From contig JAGVWA010000004.1 in the NCBI GenBank assembly GCA_018304505.1, forward strand, positions 1 through 56,236: a DNA stretch of 56,236 bases, written 5' to 3'. Within the stretch, counting starts at the first letter, position 1. Each line of letters starts with the position of its first letter. This stretch comes from Nanobdellati archaeon. Lineage in GTDB: Archaea; B1Sed10-29; JAGVWA01. Below are positions 38,368 to 47,354 of the stretch, one piece after another. A program made the translations under genes and the position numbers. The notes under the pieces were generated by a model. The model saw only the letters and a program-made list of their open reading frames with translations, was not told where the DNA came from and made no database searches.

Positions 38368-38414
38368 GCTTTGGATTGTAAAAGTTGTGATTTATAAATC
38401 TTCTTGCACTATTA

Positions 38415-38939
38415 CTATTCATAAACATTGGTCTGTGGCTCGTTTTTTATCGCGTCTTGCATTATCTCAAAATAGCTCCGCTGCTCTACCTTCGCAAGCT
38501 CTAAGCCAAGCAGTTTCTTCACATACGGAATGTTCTCTGCCACCGCGCTTTCAATTTCGACGTACGTGCCGACTTTTGTTATTGTGTCAAGAGTCACCTC
38601 GGCATTTTCTAAAAAGAACGCCTTGCGGTGCTTCTTGTACCGCAGCACTTCCTTGTAGCCGAGCGCCTCTATCAGTTTTATGGAATTTTCAGTGTCTGCT
38701 GTGCTTATTTCGATTTCTTCGCGCTGTTTAATGTTTGACTTCGTGTCATGTTTTCCTTTGTAGGTAATGATTGCCTTGTCCTCGAAAAAGCGAATGCGCA
38801 AGTCGAAAACATCTTCGCCCGGGCGCGCATAGTAGATGTTCTCTTCTTCCCGATCATAGATCTCGCGGGCGTTGTTTTCCTTGAGTTTCTCCTCGACAAA
38901 CTCGAGGTTGTCAACGATCAGCTTGGTTTCGATTTCCAT
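38415..38939 (-). CDS. cyaB: CYTH-domain protein (class IV adenylate cyclase-like)
   Basis: EIETK, LRIR, ITYKG, REEIE, KHRK, TLD, VEIE. Confidence 0.88.
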   Translation of the reverse strand: MEIETKLIVDNLEFVEEKLKENNAREIYDREEENIYYARPGEDVFDLRIRFFEDKAIITYKGKHDTKSNIKQREEIEISTADTENSIKLIEALGYKEVLRYKKHRKAFFLENAEVTLDTITKVGTYVEIESAVAENIPYVKKLLGLELAKVEQRSYFEIMQDAIKNEPQTNVYE

Positions 38940-39049
38940 TGCAGCTCTAAGGAAGGCGTTTAATAAGAAGCTTTACATTAGTAGTAAAGTTGGCTTAATA
39001 TAAGAATTCTTAAATAGTACATTAGCTATAATGATAATAGGTTATTTGA

Positions 39050-39190
39050 ATGAAAGCATTTAATGTAAGTCTGAATAATTTGCCAATTACGGCAGCATAT
39101 CCTGAAAGTGGAAAATGGATTGACACCTATGGAGATACTGGGGGCCAATATGTGCAAACATCTTACTCTGAACATTACACTGAAAACTAG
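39050..39190 (+). CDS. Candidate aromatic-X-acidic repeat RiPP precursor (46 aa)
   Basis: MKAFNVSLNNLPITAAYPESGKWIDTYGDTGGQYVQTSYSEHYTEN*, directly upstream of the rSAM gene. Confidence 0.75.
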   Translation: MKAFNVSLNNLPITAAYPESGKWIDTYGDTGGQYVQTSYSEHYTEN

Positions 39191-39208
39191 TTCAGAAAAT
39201 TAACTTCT

Positions 39209-40549
39209 TTGGTGGGGGTGTTATCCGTGTTCGAGGATTTGTTACTTTGGGAAGGATTGGAGGATAATGTTAATTTTGTCTTTAATAGATGCACAGGGCG
39301 ATGGTTAATTGTTGACGACGAAGCCAAGAACGCAATCATTAATTATGATAAGTTATCAGAGAGAAGAGGGATTGACGAATTATTAGAAAAATATAAATTT
39401 CTGGAAAAACTTGAGAAAAAACGAACAAGTGGAAGCCTACTTGTAGTGTTTCACATGACTCAAAATTGCAACTACAAATGTGTTTATTGCTACGCTGGTG
39501 CTGGTAAGGGTGCAAGTTTAGATATTAAAAATGCACTACAAATGGTGGATGTACTGGGAACGCAAACCAAATTCAAGAAGAGTGAAATAGAATTTCACGG
39601 GGGAGAACCATTGCTCGAGTTTGAGAAGATAAAACAGGTTATAGAATATGCAAAGAAATATGATAACATAAAGTTCAGCATGCAAACAAATGGTTCTCTG
39701 TTAGATATGGAAAAACTTGAATACTTAACGCAAAATAAAGTTGGTATTGGGGTAAGTATTGATGGTCCAGCAATGATACATGATAAGCAAAGAGTAGCAC
39801 ATGATGGGGCAGGAACCTTTGAGAAAACAAACAATGTCCTAAATAGTTTTGAAGATAAGAAAAGAAAAGTTGGTATTATAACAGTTTGTACTACAAATAC
39901 GATAGAGCATAAGGAGGATTATTTTAATTTTCTAGTTGGTAATGGAATTAAAAGTTTCAGTATAAATCCAATGTTTCCAATGAGGCGAGGATCAGAGAAT
40001 AATCAGCTGGTACCAATAAATGAGCAATTACTCGAAATGACAAAATTCATGATAGAAAAAGTAAAATCAAACAACAAAACAGTAAAGCATAAGATACGAT
40101 TCCGAAATATTGATGAGATAATATCAAAGATAGTTAATCCCGATTATTATTACAGGTGTTTGGAATCTCCATGTGGGGCGGGCAGAGATATGGTTGGACT
40201 AGGAGAAGACGGAAATGTCTATATGTGTGAGGAGCTAGTAGGGATAGAGAAATTTAAAATAAGAAATAACAATTACGATTTAGATAAAATATTAGAGAAC
40301 GGAACTAAAAGAGCTGCGGATTGTGCATCGCGAAATATAAAAAAATGCCAGGAGTGCGCATTCATAAACTACTGTCCCGGAACTTGTTTAGGTAAACGTT
40401 ATGCACAAACAGGTTCAGAAAAAGAAGCATCAACGCTTTGCGAATTCTACAAACAACTAATCAAAATATGTCTCTTGGGAATATATAAAGAGGGGTGGAC
40501 TAATGGTTACTTAGTTGATGAAAGTGATGGACAAATGGCAGGTAATTGA
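39209..40549 (+). CDS. Radical SAM/SPASM maturase (anSME-like/cyclophane-forming type)
   Basis: CNYKCVYC, EFHGGEPLL, MQTNG, VSIDG, CLESPCGAG...YMC...CQEC...CPGTC...LC. Confidence 0.9.
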   Translation: MVGVLSVFEDLLLWEGLEDNVNFVFNRCTGRWLIVDDEAKNAIINYDKLSERRGIDELLEKYKFLEKLEKKRTSGSLLVVFHMTQNCNYKCVYCYAGAGKGASLDIKNALQMVDVLGTQTKFKKSEIEFHGGEPLLEFEKIKQVIEYAKKYDNIKFSMQTNGSLLDMEKLEYLTQNKVGIGVSIDGPAMIHDKQRVAHDGAGTFEKTNNVLNSFEDKKRKVGIITVCTTNTIEHKEDYFNFLVGNGIKSFSINPMFPMRRGSENNQLVPINEQLLEMTKFMIEKVKSNNKTVKHKIRFRNIDEIISKIVNPDYYYRCLESPCGAGRDMVGLGEDGNVYMCEELVGIEKFKIRNNNYDLDKILENGTKRAADCASRNIKKCQECAFINYCPGTCLGKRYAQTGSEKEASTLCEFYKQLIKICLLGIYKEGWTNGYLVDESDGQMAGN

Positions 40550-40565
40550 ATTAGCGTGGTGCTCA

Positions 40566-40913
40566 ATGGTTGAAATTAAAGACGAGGTCGTGCTGAAGGG
40601 GTCGGGAATAACGCCACACCGCGTAGAAGGTGTAGCTAGGGTTATACGGTCTAGCAAAGATTTGGAACAAGTCACTTCTGAAGACATAGTAGTATTGGTA
40701 AATTCAACGCCATTGATGGTTCCATATTTAATAAAAGCCAAGGGCTTCATTGGAGAAGCTGGGGGGCTACTATGCCATTTAGCAATAATCAGCAGAGAAT
40801 TTGATAAGCCATGTATTATTGGAATAGAAAATGTTACTAAAATAATTGCTTCTGGTGATGCTGTGAAAATAAGTGGTCTTAGTGGAAGAGTAACGGTGAA
40901 AAAAAATGGCTAA
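40566..40913 (+). CDS. Stand-alone PEP-utilising enzyme mobile (phospho-His) domain
   Basis: LKGSGI...VEGVARVI...GEAGGLLCHLAIISREFDKPCIIG. Confidence 0.85.
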   Translation: MVEIKDEVVLKGSGITPHRVEGVARVIRSSKDLEQVTSEDIVVLVNSTPLMVPYLIKAKGFIGEAGGLLCHLAIISREFDKPCIIGIENVTKIIASGDAVKISGLSGRVTVKKNG

Positions 40914-41691
40914 GGGTACTGTTCAACTAAGGGTCGATAAGTCAATAACCGGAAATGTTAATGAGGCTAAGGGAATTCCAAAATCAATAATACTTACGGA
41001 CAAGGGCATGGAACGTGTAATCCCTGTGTTCATAGGGAAGGAGGTAGAAGTTACTAGTGTCCCTATAGGCATTGAATTAGAACAAGACGACCTAGAAGAA
41101 ATAAGAAAAGCACTTCGGACAATAACAAAAAGTTACGCTGAAACAAAAAAAGTAGTAAACATAATGAAACAAAAAATGCAAAGCATGGATAACTATATTG
41201 CAGAGAGGGAAGAACTAAAATTGGAAGAGGCGCAGGACTTTTTTGGATACTTCTTTTGGATAGCGCCATACTTCAGCAACAATGTTCCTCAACACTTTAA
41301 GAACGTCTTATCCGAAAAACTTGACTCTGATGAAGAGACGAAACAGAAGTACTGGATGCGATTAATGGTGCCAGATGCAGACCTTTATTCAATAGAGATA
41401 GCGAAAGACTGGCAAAACATGTCAATAGAAGAACTAAGAAAAAAACATCCATTCTTGACAAAACTTGGAAGCACCGATCAGATTGAAAAACCATTGAACT
41501 TTGTTGTAAAAACAAAAAGGAATGACAAGCACGAAGCACTCAGTGAGCTAGAAGAAAAACTCAGTAAGCGTGACTATCAGCAAATAAAGCAATATAGTGA
41601 TTTGATAGCTGAAATACAAATGATATTAGAAATTAAAAACTATTATTGGCCACAGATGATGAACTTACTGCATAAAAAAGGGCTGATATGA
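40906..41691 (+). CDS. Hypothetical protein of the rSAM operon
   Basis: 261 aa, overlaps neighbours on both sides. Confidence 0.75.
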   Translation: MAKGTVQLRVDKSITGNVNEAKGIPKSIILTDKGMERVIPVFIGKEVEVTSVPIGIELEQDDLEEIRKALRTITKSYAETKKVVNIMKQKMQSMDNYIAEREELKLEEAQDFFGYFFWIAPYFSNNVPQHFKNVLSEKLDSDEETKQKYWMRLMVPDADLYSIEIAKDWQNMSIEELRKKHPFLTKLGSTDQIEKPLNFVVKTKRNDKHEALSELEEKLSKRDYQQIKQYSDLIAEIQMILEIKNYYWPQMMNLLHKKGLI

Positions 41692-42308
41692 ATATTCTAA
41701 TTGATGTTGTCGGTACACTATTTGGAAAAGACAAACTAAATAGCTTATATGGTGAATTATACAAAAGCGGCTTAACTCGTAGGCTTCAAAGACGACTGAG
41801 GACAAATTGGGTTACTGGGCAACAAGTTTCTGATGAAAAAGTACTCGACCAAGCACTAGAAACACGAAAGGGGCGTAGATTTTTCAGAGAGTGGTTATCA
41901 AGAAATGTAGAAGATTTTGCGGAGCTACAAAAAGCGATTACTGATTTTAGAAGGAAAACAAAAAGCAGAGTTTTGATTAATACATCATACTCTCCAAGAA
42001 TATCAACATTTATAAGCAAACAACTAAGGGCAGATGGCGTAACTCCCCAAAAGAGAATGCAAGACGGGTATATTGTTGATGATCTGTTTAAGAGGCATTA
42101 TCGGCTAAATAAAATCGCACATGGGCACGCATATGCAATACCATCTACCGGAAATCCAAGATCACGGCAAGCAAGATTGGAAGAATTTGGAGTCAAAATA
42201 CAACCAAAAAACGTGGCAGATCTTGTGAGAATCCTTCATGAAAAAAATGTATTAAATAGGATACAAGAGCAAAAAAAGAAGAAAACAGAACAAAGGCGCC
42301 TTTGGTAG
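41688..42308 (+). CDS. Basic protein with degenerate HAD-like motifs
   Basis: ILIDVVGTL, INTS, IVDD. Confidence 0.55.
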   Translation: MNILIDVVGTLFGKDKLNSLYGELYKSGLTRRLQRRLRTNWVTGQQVSDEKVLDQALETRKGRRFFREWLSRNVEDFAELQKAITDFRRKTKSRVLINTSYSPRISTFISKQLRADGVTPQKRMQDGYIVDDLFKRHYRLNKIAHGHAYAIPSTGNPRSRQARLEEFGVKIQPKNVADLVRILHEKNVLNRIQEQKKKKTEQRRLW

Positions 42309-42365
42309 GTTTAGGAGAAAATAATTAAGGGCTGCATTTAATAAGAACATTTCCCTTTTTCATGC

Positions 42366-42950
42366 ATGAAAAATTCCTGGAACCGATTCGTTTTTCAATT
42401 GTGGGTGCCGTTCTACGACGCGTCTTTTGCACTGTACAGGAAAAACAAGGAATGGAGACTACGAGCCTTTGAGGAACTTGGCCTGAAAGAGAACACAAAA
42501 CTCCTTGATGTGGGCTGCGGCACGGGATTAAATGTTCCAATCGTGCCGAAGACAGTCGATTATACAGGCCTCGACATCTCGGAAGCAATGTTGAACAAGG
42601 CCTCGCAAAAGTTCCCTGACAAGAAATTCGTTATCGGTGATGCATGTGCGCTTCCATTTAAGGATGGGGAATTTGATTTCTTAATTAACACGTACAGCGT
42701 GAACGTCCTGCCTGATGTTGCGCAAGCGCTGCGGGAAATGAAACGCGTTTCCAAAAAGACGGTGCTGTACGACCACTTTAGGTCAGGCAATCCTATAGTC
42801 GCGTTTCTGCAGTTGCTCTCAAAGCCATTCGGTTTTTTGTTAGGCATTGACACTTTTGTAAGTATTGAGAAAGAGTTGAAAAAAGCAGGCATCGAGGCGC
42901 GCATTGAAAAGCTCGATTTCCTTGGCGCGTACAAGCTCGCAGTGTTCTGA
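42366..42950 (+). CDS. Class I SAM-dependent methyltransferase
   Basis: LLDVGCGTG, GLDISEAML, GDACALPF.D..FD. Confidence 0.9.
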   Translation: MKNSWNRFVFQLWVPFYDASFALYRKNKEWRLRAFEELGLKENTKLLDVGCGTGLNVPIVPKTVDYTGLDISEAMLNKASQKFPDKKFVIGDACALPFKDGEFDFLINTYSVNVLPDVAQALREMKRVSKKTVLYDHFRSGNPIVAFLQLLSKPFGFLLGIDTFVSIEKELKKAGIEARIEKLDFLGAYKLAVF

Positions 42951-42954
42951 CTCA

Positions 42955-43233
42955 TCACTTGAAGTTGAGGCGTGGATTCGAGTGAGTCTTCAGCCTCATC
43001 CTCGTCATCGCAAATTTTGCGTCATCATCAGTGAATCTTGAAAGGAATTTTTTCCCGAGAATCCCATTGGTTTCGCGGATGTAGATCTCAGGCCCAACGC
43101 CGAAGCCGTCAAAAGTCACTTTGCCGGCACTCGATTCTCTTACCTGTGTCCACAGTGGGTGCTTGTACTGCAGGAGCTTGTCGAATGTGTTGTAGTCAGC
43201 CTGCCCCTCAGTAGAATGAGTTACTTCCCACAT
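42955..43233 (-). CDS. MW-family small protein
   Basis: MWEVTHSTEG; divergent from the next MW gene. Confidence 0.7.
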   Translation of the reverse strand: MWEVTHSTEGQADYNTFDKLLQYKHPLWTQVRESSAGKVTFDGFGVGPEIYIRETNGILGKKFLSRFTDDDAKFAMTRMRLKTHSNPRLNFK

Positions 43234-43319
43234 GTAAATCAGTGAAGTATTTCTGCCGGTTGGGATATAAAAACATTCACAGTAATCTTTATATATGCCA
43301 TTGTGCAAATATGTTAAAT

Positions 43320-43724
43320 ATGTGGGAAGTTAAATCTGGAACAATCGAATGGGACATGGACAAGCGTGATGGTGTTGTAACCAGCGGCGACACAGACTCC
43401 ATAATCCAAGAAATGGATGCCCTCGGGAATGCACACCCGCTCGAGTTTTTTGTGATTGACGAGAGAATAGAAGTCGGCATCTACCCCGGGGATCAGGTAT
43501 CGCCAACTGCGCGCGACAAAGCCACACGAGCCCTGTTTTTCAGTTATGACGAAATACTCGACGACTGCGGTGGGGATGTCAAGGGAAGAGGCCATTACAA
43601 AAAGTGGGATGGCCAAGACCTCAGGGACGGCGTGGCTGAGGTAAGGCGATTTCTTGATGAGTCTGGCGAAGATGCGAGCCAAATAATCGCTGAACTGGAC
43701 AGCACGTTTCCTGACTTGGCATAA
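43320..43724 (+). CDS. MW-family acidic protein
   Basis: TTTATATA box, then MWEVKSGTIEW...KKWDGQDL. Confidence 0.8.
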   Translation: MWEVKSGTIEWDMDKRDGVVTSGDTDSIIQEMDALGNAHPLEFFVIDERIEVGIYPGDQVSPTARDKATRALFFSYDEILDDCGGDVKGRGHYKKWDGQDLRDGVAEVRRFLDESGEDASQIIAELDSTFPDLA

Positions 43725-43802
43725 ATCGACATTAGCTTTTTATAAATCAAACTGCACATACGTCCCTACGTGTGTTTAAACACGTATTTAATGTGTGATT
43801 GC

Positions 43803-44264
43803 ATGTGGGACACGAAAGAAGGCACAGTAGAATTTAGGAATGGATTTAGAACGCCAACCGACACAGCCGCCATTGCCGAGGAAATTAACGCAGATTGGCG
43901 CAGATTAAGTCTGAATCCGAGGTCTAAAATGCAGACATCCCAATACCCGGGGTTGACGTATTCTGTCTATCTTGGAGACAGAAATGATTATGAAGATGGA
44001 ACACAAGACCCAAATGCTAGGATTTTATTTGAGGCAAGGCATGTGTATGCTGGCCCAGGGCATATCGTTAATGTTCTGAAGAGGTATGACGGGGAAGACT
44101 TCGAAAAAGGGATAAACCAAATTTCGATGACCCTGCGGGGCGCTGCTGACAGGATTAGAGAAGGGGCAAATGACAGTGATCGGGCGATAATAGGCGGCCT
44201 AAAAGTCGCAAGTGCAATGGAACACAGCTCGGCAAATTTGGATAAGTTGCTACGTCCAAATTAA
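43803..44264 (+). CDS. MW-family protein, related to 43320..43724
   Basis: MWDTKEGTVEF...TDTAAIAEEI...KRYDGEDF. Confidence 0.8.
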   Translation: MWDTKEGTVEFRNGFRTPTDTAAIAEEINADWRRLSLNPRSKMQTSQYPGLTYSVYLGDRNDYEDGTQDPNARILFEARHVYAGPGHIVNVLKRYDGEDFEKGINQISMTLRGAADRIREGANDSDRAIIGGLKVASAMEHSSANLDKLLRPN

Positions 44265-44520
44265 TGAGCAAACCAGAGTTTAAACTAGCCTTGGATTAAC
44301 TAGACCTCAATGCGCCCACACGACGCCGCGAATCATTTTTTCACGTTGGGGTCCAAGTTTTAGCAGAAGCAGATCATTGGTTTAGCCGCAACTACCCTTG
44401 TAAGCAGGAGATATTTCCATATTGCCTTCGAGAGTTCAGCTAACATTTTATCTGTATATACTACGCGGTTTTCATATATAAGTATTTCTTAATCCGTGTG
44501 GGTTAATTTATTATTGCGCG

Positions 44521-45048
44521 CTATTGCTCGTGGTTCTTGTGGTACTTTCCAGAGTAGCCTTTCTCGACTTCTTTGATGCGCGCAAACACGATTTGGTGGA
44601 AGCGGCAGTTTTCCTTTAGGAGAATGCCCTCTGGGTTCACTACCTGCAGCAGGAACTCGAGCCTGCCGGAAAAACCAGCGTCAACAATGCCAGAGTTGAT
44701 GAAAGCACCATTCCGTAACAAAGTGGATCTTGTTTGTCCAAAGGCTATGAGGTTCTTGGGCATGTTGAAAATCTCGTTTGTCTTCACCTTGTACGCGCCA
44801 GGATCTAGGCCCCACCAGCCGTACTTGTCCTCAGGCTTCCGCTTTTTCGGTTCTAGTAGGCGTGTGTCTGAAATTACTCGCTCATTGTTGGAAAAATCGA
44901 TAGCCCCCTTCGTCGCGAATGTTTCAACGCTCAACAAAGTCACGTCGAAGCCGTTCTCTGTTACTTGCTTGTCGCGGTTTATGTAATTATCGACAAGTTT
45001 GTTTTCTTCAATCTGTTTTTTGATTTCTTCGTCATTCAGTACGCTCAT
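44521..45048 (-). CDS. Trimeric dUTPase/dCTP deaminase family protein
   Basis: NGFDV, RSTLLRNG, IVDAGFSG, QIVF, GYSGKY. Confidence 0.9.
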   Translation of the reverse strand: MSVLNDEEIKKQIEENKLVDNYINRDKQVTENGFDVTLLSVETFATKGAIDFSNNERVISDTRLLEPKKRKPEDKYGWWGLDPGAYKVKTNEIFNMPKNLIAFGQTRSTLLRNGAFINSGIVDAGFSGRLEFLLQVVNPEGILLKENCRFHQIVFARIKEVEKGYSGKYHKNHEQ

Positions 45049-45075
45049 TTCTCATCAACCTTGTTTTTTTTGGAA

Positions 45076-45184
45076 CGGGCCCGAGGGGATTCGAACCCCT
45101 GATCTACAGCTTAGAAGGCATACGACTTCATTACAACGGATTGTAAAAGAAGATGTCGCCCTATCCAGACTAGGCTACGAGCCC
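45076..45184 (-). tRNA. tRNA-Arg(TCT) with 34-nt non-canonical BHB intron at 29/30 (45120..45153)
   Basis: agg gcga ca|t...tcgt at|g cct BHB; spliced arm ACAGC-CTTCTAA-GCTGT; lies just downstream of argS. Confidence 0.92.
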
Positions 45185-45219
45185 TTCTCATTAAGTATTG
45201 TGATTTTTGGTTTAAAAAA

Positions 45220-46941
45220 CTACATCCTATCTAAGGCATTGATCCCCAATAACATAAGACCAATAGCTATGGTTGTCTTTGTAGCCGTTACAACCCCGAG
45301 CCGCGTCACCTTGGCGTTTTCTGTTTCTGCTTTTATTACAGGGCAATTCTCGTAGAACACGTTGAACTTGTGAGTCAAGTCAAGCAAGTACTGCGCTATC
45401 AAATATGAGTCGTATGACTCGCATGCCTTTTCTATCAAGCCCGGAAATTCAGCTAGAGCTGAAATCATGGCGACCTCTTCTGGTTTTGTCACGGCAATGT
45501 CTTCGTTTCCTATGTTTGATTTCCCCGCCTTTTCGAGAATCTGGTTGCAGCGCGCATGTGCGTACTGCAAATATGGGCCTGTGTCGCCTTCAAAGCTCAC
45601 TGCCTTTTTTATGTCGAAAACAATGTCCCTTGTCCGGTTCTGGCTTAAGTCGTTGAAAATCACTGCGCCAATACCAACAGTGTCAGCGATTTTTTCCTTC
45701 TCGTCCTGCGGTAATTTGGGGTTCTTTTCCTCAACAACCTTTTTTGCCTGTTCAATAGCCGCATCAAGCACGTCATCCAATCTGATGATGTTGCCTTTGC
45801 GCGTAGCGAAAGTGCCCTCTGGTGAGCGCATGAAGCCGAACTTCACGTGCACGCATCTGTTGAACCACTCAAGCCCTGTGAGCTCCAGGATTTTGAACAG
45901 CTGTCTAAAATGAAGTTCCTGCTGGTTCGCTACTACATAGATGTTCTTGTCAAACTTGTATTCATTGTAGCGGTCTATGGCAGCAGCGATGTCCCTGGCC
46001 AAGTATATTGAGGTGTCATCGGGCCTGATCAAGCGCGCGTTTGGCATTCCGAAGTCCTCAAGCTTCACAATCACCGTGCTGTCTTGCTCTTCTGTTGCAA
46101 CGCCCTTGCCCAGCAGGTCCTGCGCAGCTCGCTTGTCAAGGCCGTTCATGACGTAGTATGCCTCGCCTTTGAAGGAGTCGAAGTGCACATTGAGCCGTTC
46201 GTATGTTCTTTTCACGTAAGCCAAACTTAGGCTCCTGAATTTTTCCCATATGCCAAGCGCCTCAGCGTCCTGTTCTTGGAGTTTCTTATTCCACTTTCGG
46301 GCCTTGTCTTCCAGCGCCTCGTCGGTTTCCTTGCTTTCGTTGAATTTAAGGTACAGATCAAGCAAGTGATCAATTGGCTTTTCCTCTAGCGCTTTTGCAT
46401 TGCCCCACTCAATGAAGGCCGTGATGAGCTTTCCAAAAATGTCACCAATGTCTCCGAGATGATTTATCCCAATCGTGTTGTATCCTGCATACTTGTGTAA
46501 GTTGTAGATGCTGTTGCCGATTATTGTTGAACGCAAATGGTGTATTCCAAGTGGCTTACCGATGTTGATGCTCGAGAACTCTACAATCGCGGTCTTTCCC
46601 TGTCCGATGCTTGACTTTCCATACCCTGGCGAGGTTGCTTCTTTCAAAACCCGCACTGCAAACCGGTCTTTGTTGTAGAAAAAGTTGATGTGCGGGCCGG
46701 TTGCCTTCACCTCCGAAATCAAGTCGCTTAGTTCGATTTTCCCGACAATCTCTTTTGCAACGTCCACTGGGATCTTCCCTTCTTTCTTGGCTATTTGAAA
46801 AGCGACGCTGCAGCTCAGGTTTCCGAATTCTTGCTTTGTTGGAACTGAGAGACTGTTCTCTTCAATCGATGCGCTGATAGCTGTTTCCAAGGCTGACGTT
46901 ACCTGTTTTTTGAATTCCTGGAATGCATACACAAATATCAC
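45220..46941 (-). CDS. argS: Arginyl-tRNA synthetase
   Basis: VEFSSINIGKPLGIHHLRS (HIGH-like), NHLGD.G, FATRKG, GDTGPYLQYAHAR, GINALDRM. Confidence 0.95.
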   Translation of the reverse strand: MIFVYAFQEFKKQVTSALETAISASIEENSLSVPTKQEFGNLSCSVAFQIAKKEGKIPVDVAKEIVGKIELSDLISEVKATGPHINFFYNKDRFAVRVLKEATSPGYGKSSIGQGKTAIVEFSSINIGKPLGIHHLRSTIIGNSIYNLHKYAGYNTIGINHLGDIGDIFGKLITAFIEWGNAKALEEKPIDHLLDLYLKFNESKETDEALEDKARKWNKKLQEQDAEALGIWEKFRSLSLAYVKRTYERLNVHFDSFKGEAYYVMNGLDKRAAQDLLGKGVATEEQDSTVIVKLEDFGMPNARLIRPDDTSIYLARDIAAAIDRYNEYKFDKNIYVVANQQELHFRQLFKILELTGLEWFNRCVHVKFGFMRSPEGTFATRKGNIIRLDDVLDAAIEQAKKVVEEKNPKLPQDEKEKIADTVGIGAVIFNDLSQNRTRDIVFDIKKAVSFEGDTGPYLQYAHARCNQILEKAGKSNIGNEDIAVTKPEEVAMISALAEFPGLIEKACESYDSYLIAQYLLDLTHKFNVFYENCPVIKAETENAKVTRLGVVTATKTTIAIGLMLLGINALDRM

Positions 46942-47327
46942 TTTCTGAATTTTATGTCAATGTCCCCTTCGTCATCTGGTTTCCAGTCTGCAGGGGGCCA
47001 AACCGGGGGCGCCCTTTTGACTTGGTGCACTGGCGGCCCAAAGTGGATGTGGAGTGTATTCATTTTCTTCAATTTGTTTTTCAGCACGAAGGGAACTATA
47101 GTGCCCAAGATCAGCGATACTAAGACTATGAACACCAGAATGCCGCCGAGGAACGTGAAGAGCATCGCTATCACATACTCCAGGAAGCCTGACGGCGTTA
47201 TTATGTAAGTCCACATGTACGCCAGTAGGGCAATGGTTGATGCGAAAGCCACGAGGATGCCAAGGGGCAGCCAAAAACCAAAACTCGCGAATCTCAGTAT
47301 TCGATTCAACATGCTTTTCTTAGGCAT
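46938..47327 (-). CDS. Membrane protein
   Basis: Two long hydrophobic segments; overlaps the argS start. Confidence 0.7.
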   Translation of the reverse strand: MPKKSMLNRILRFASFGFWLPLGILVAFASTIALLAYMWTYIITPSGFLEYVIAMLFTFLGGILVFIVLVSLILGTIVPFVLKNKLKKMNTLHIHFGPPVHQVKRAPPVWPPADWKPDDEGDIDIKFRK

Positions 47328-47354
47328 GAATCTATTTAAATACCTTAACACATA

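Noticed and set aside
44265-44520. Unassigned ~250-bp gap as an ncRNA or peptide gene
   Set aside because: Only a 28-codon minus-strand ORF was found, and no convincing structure.
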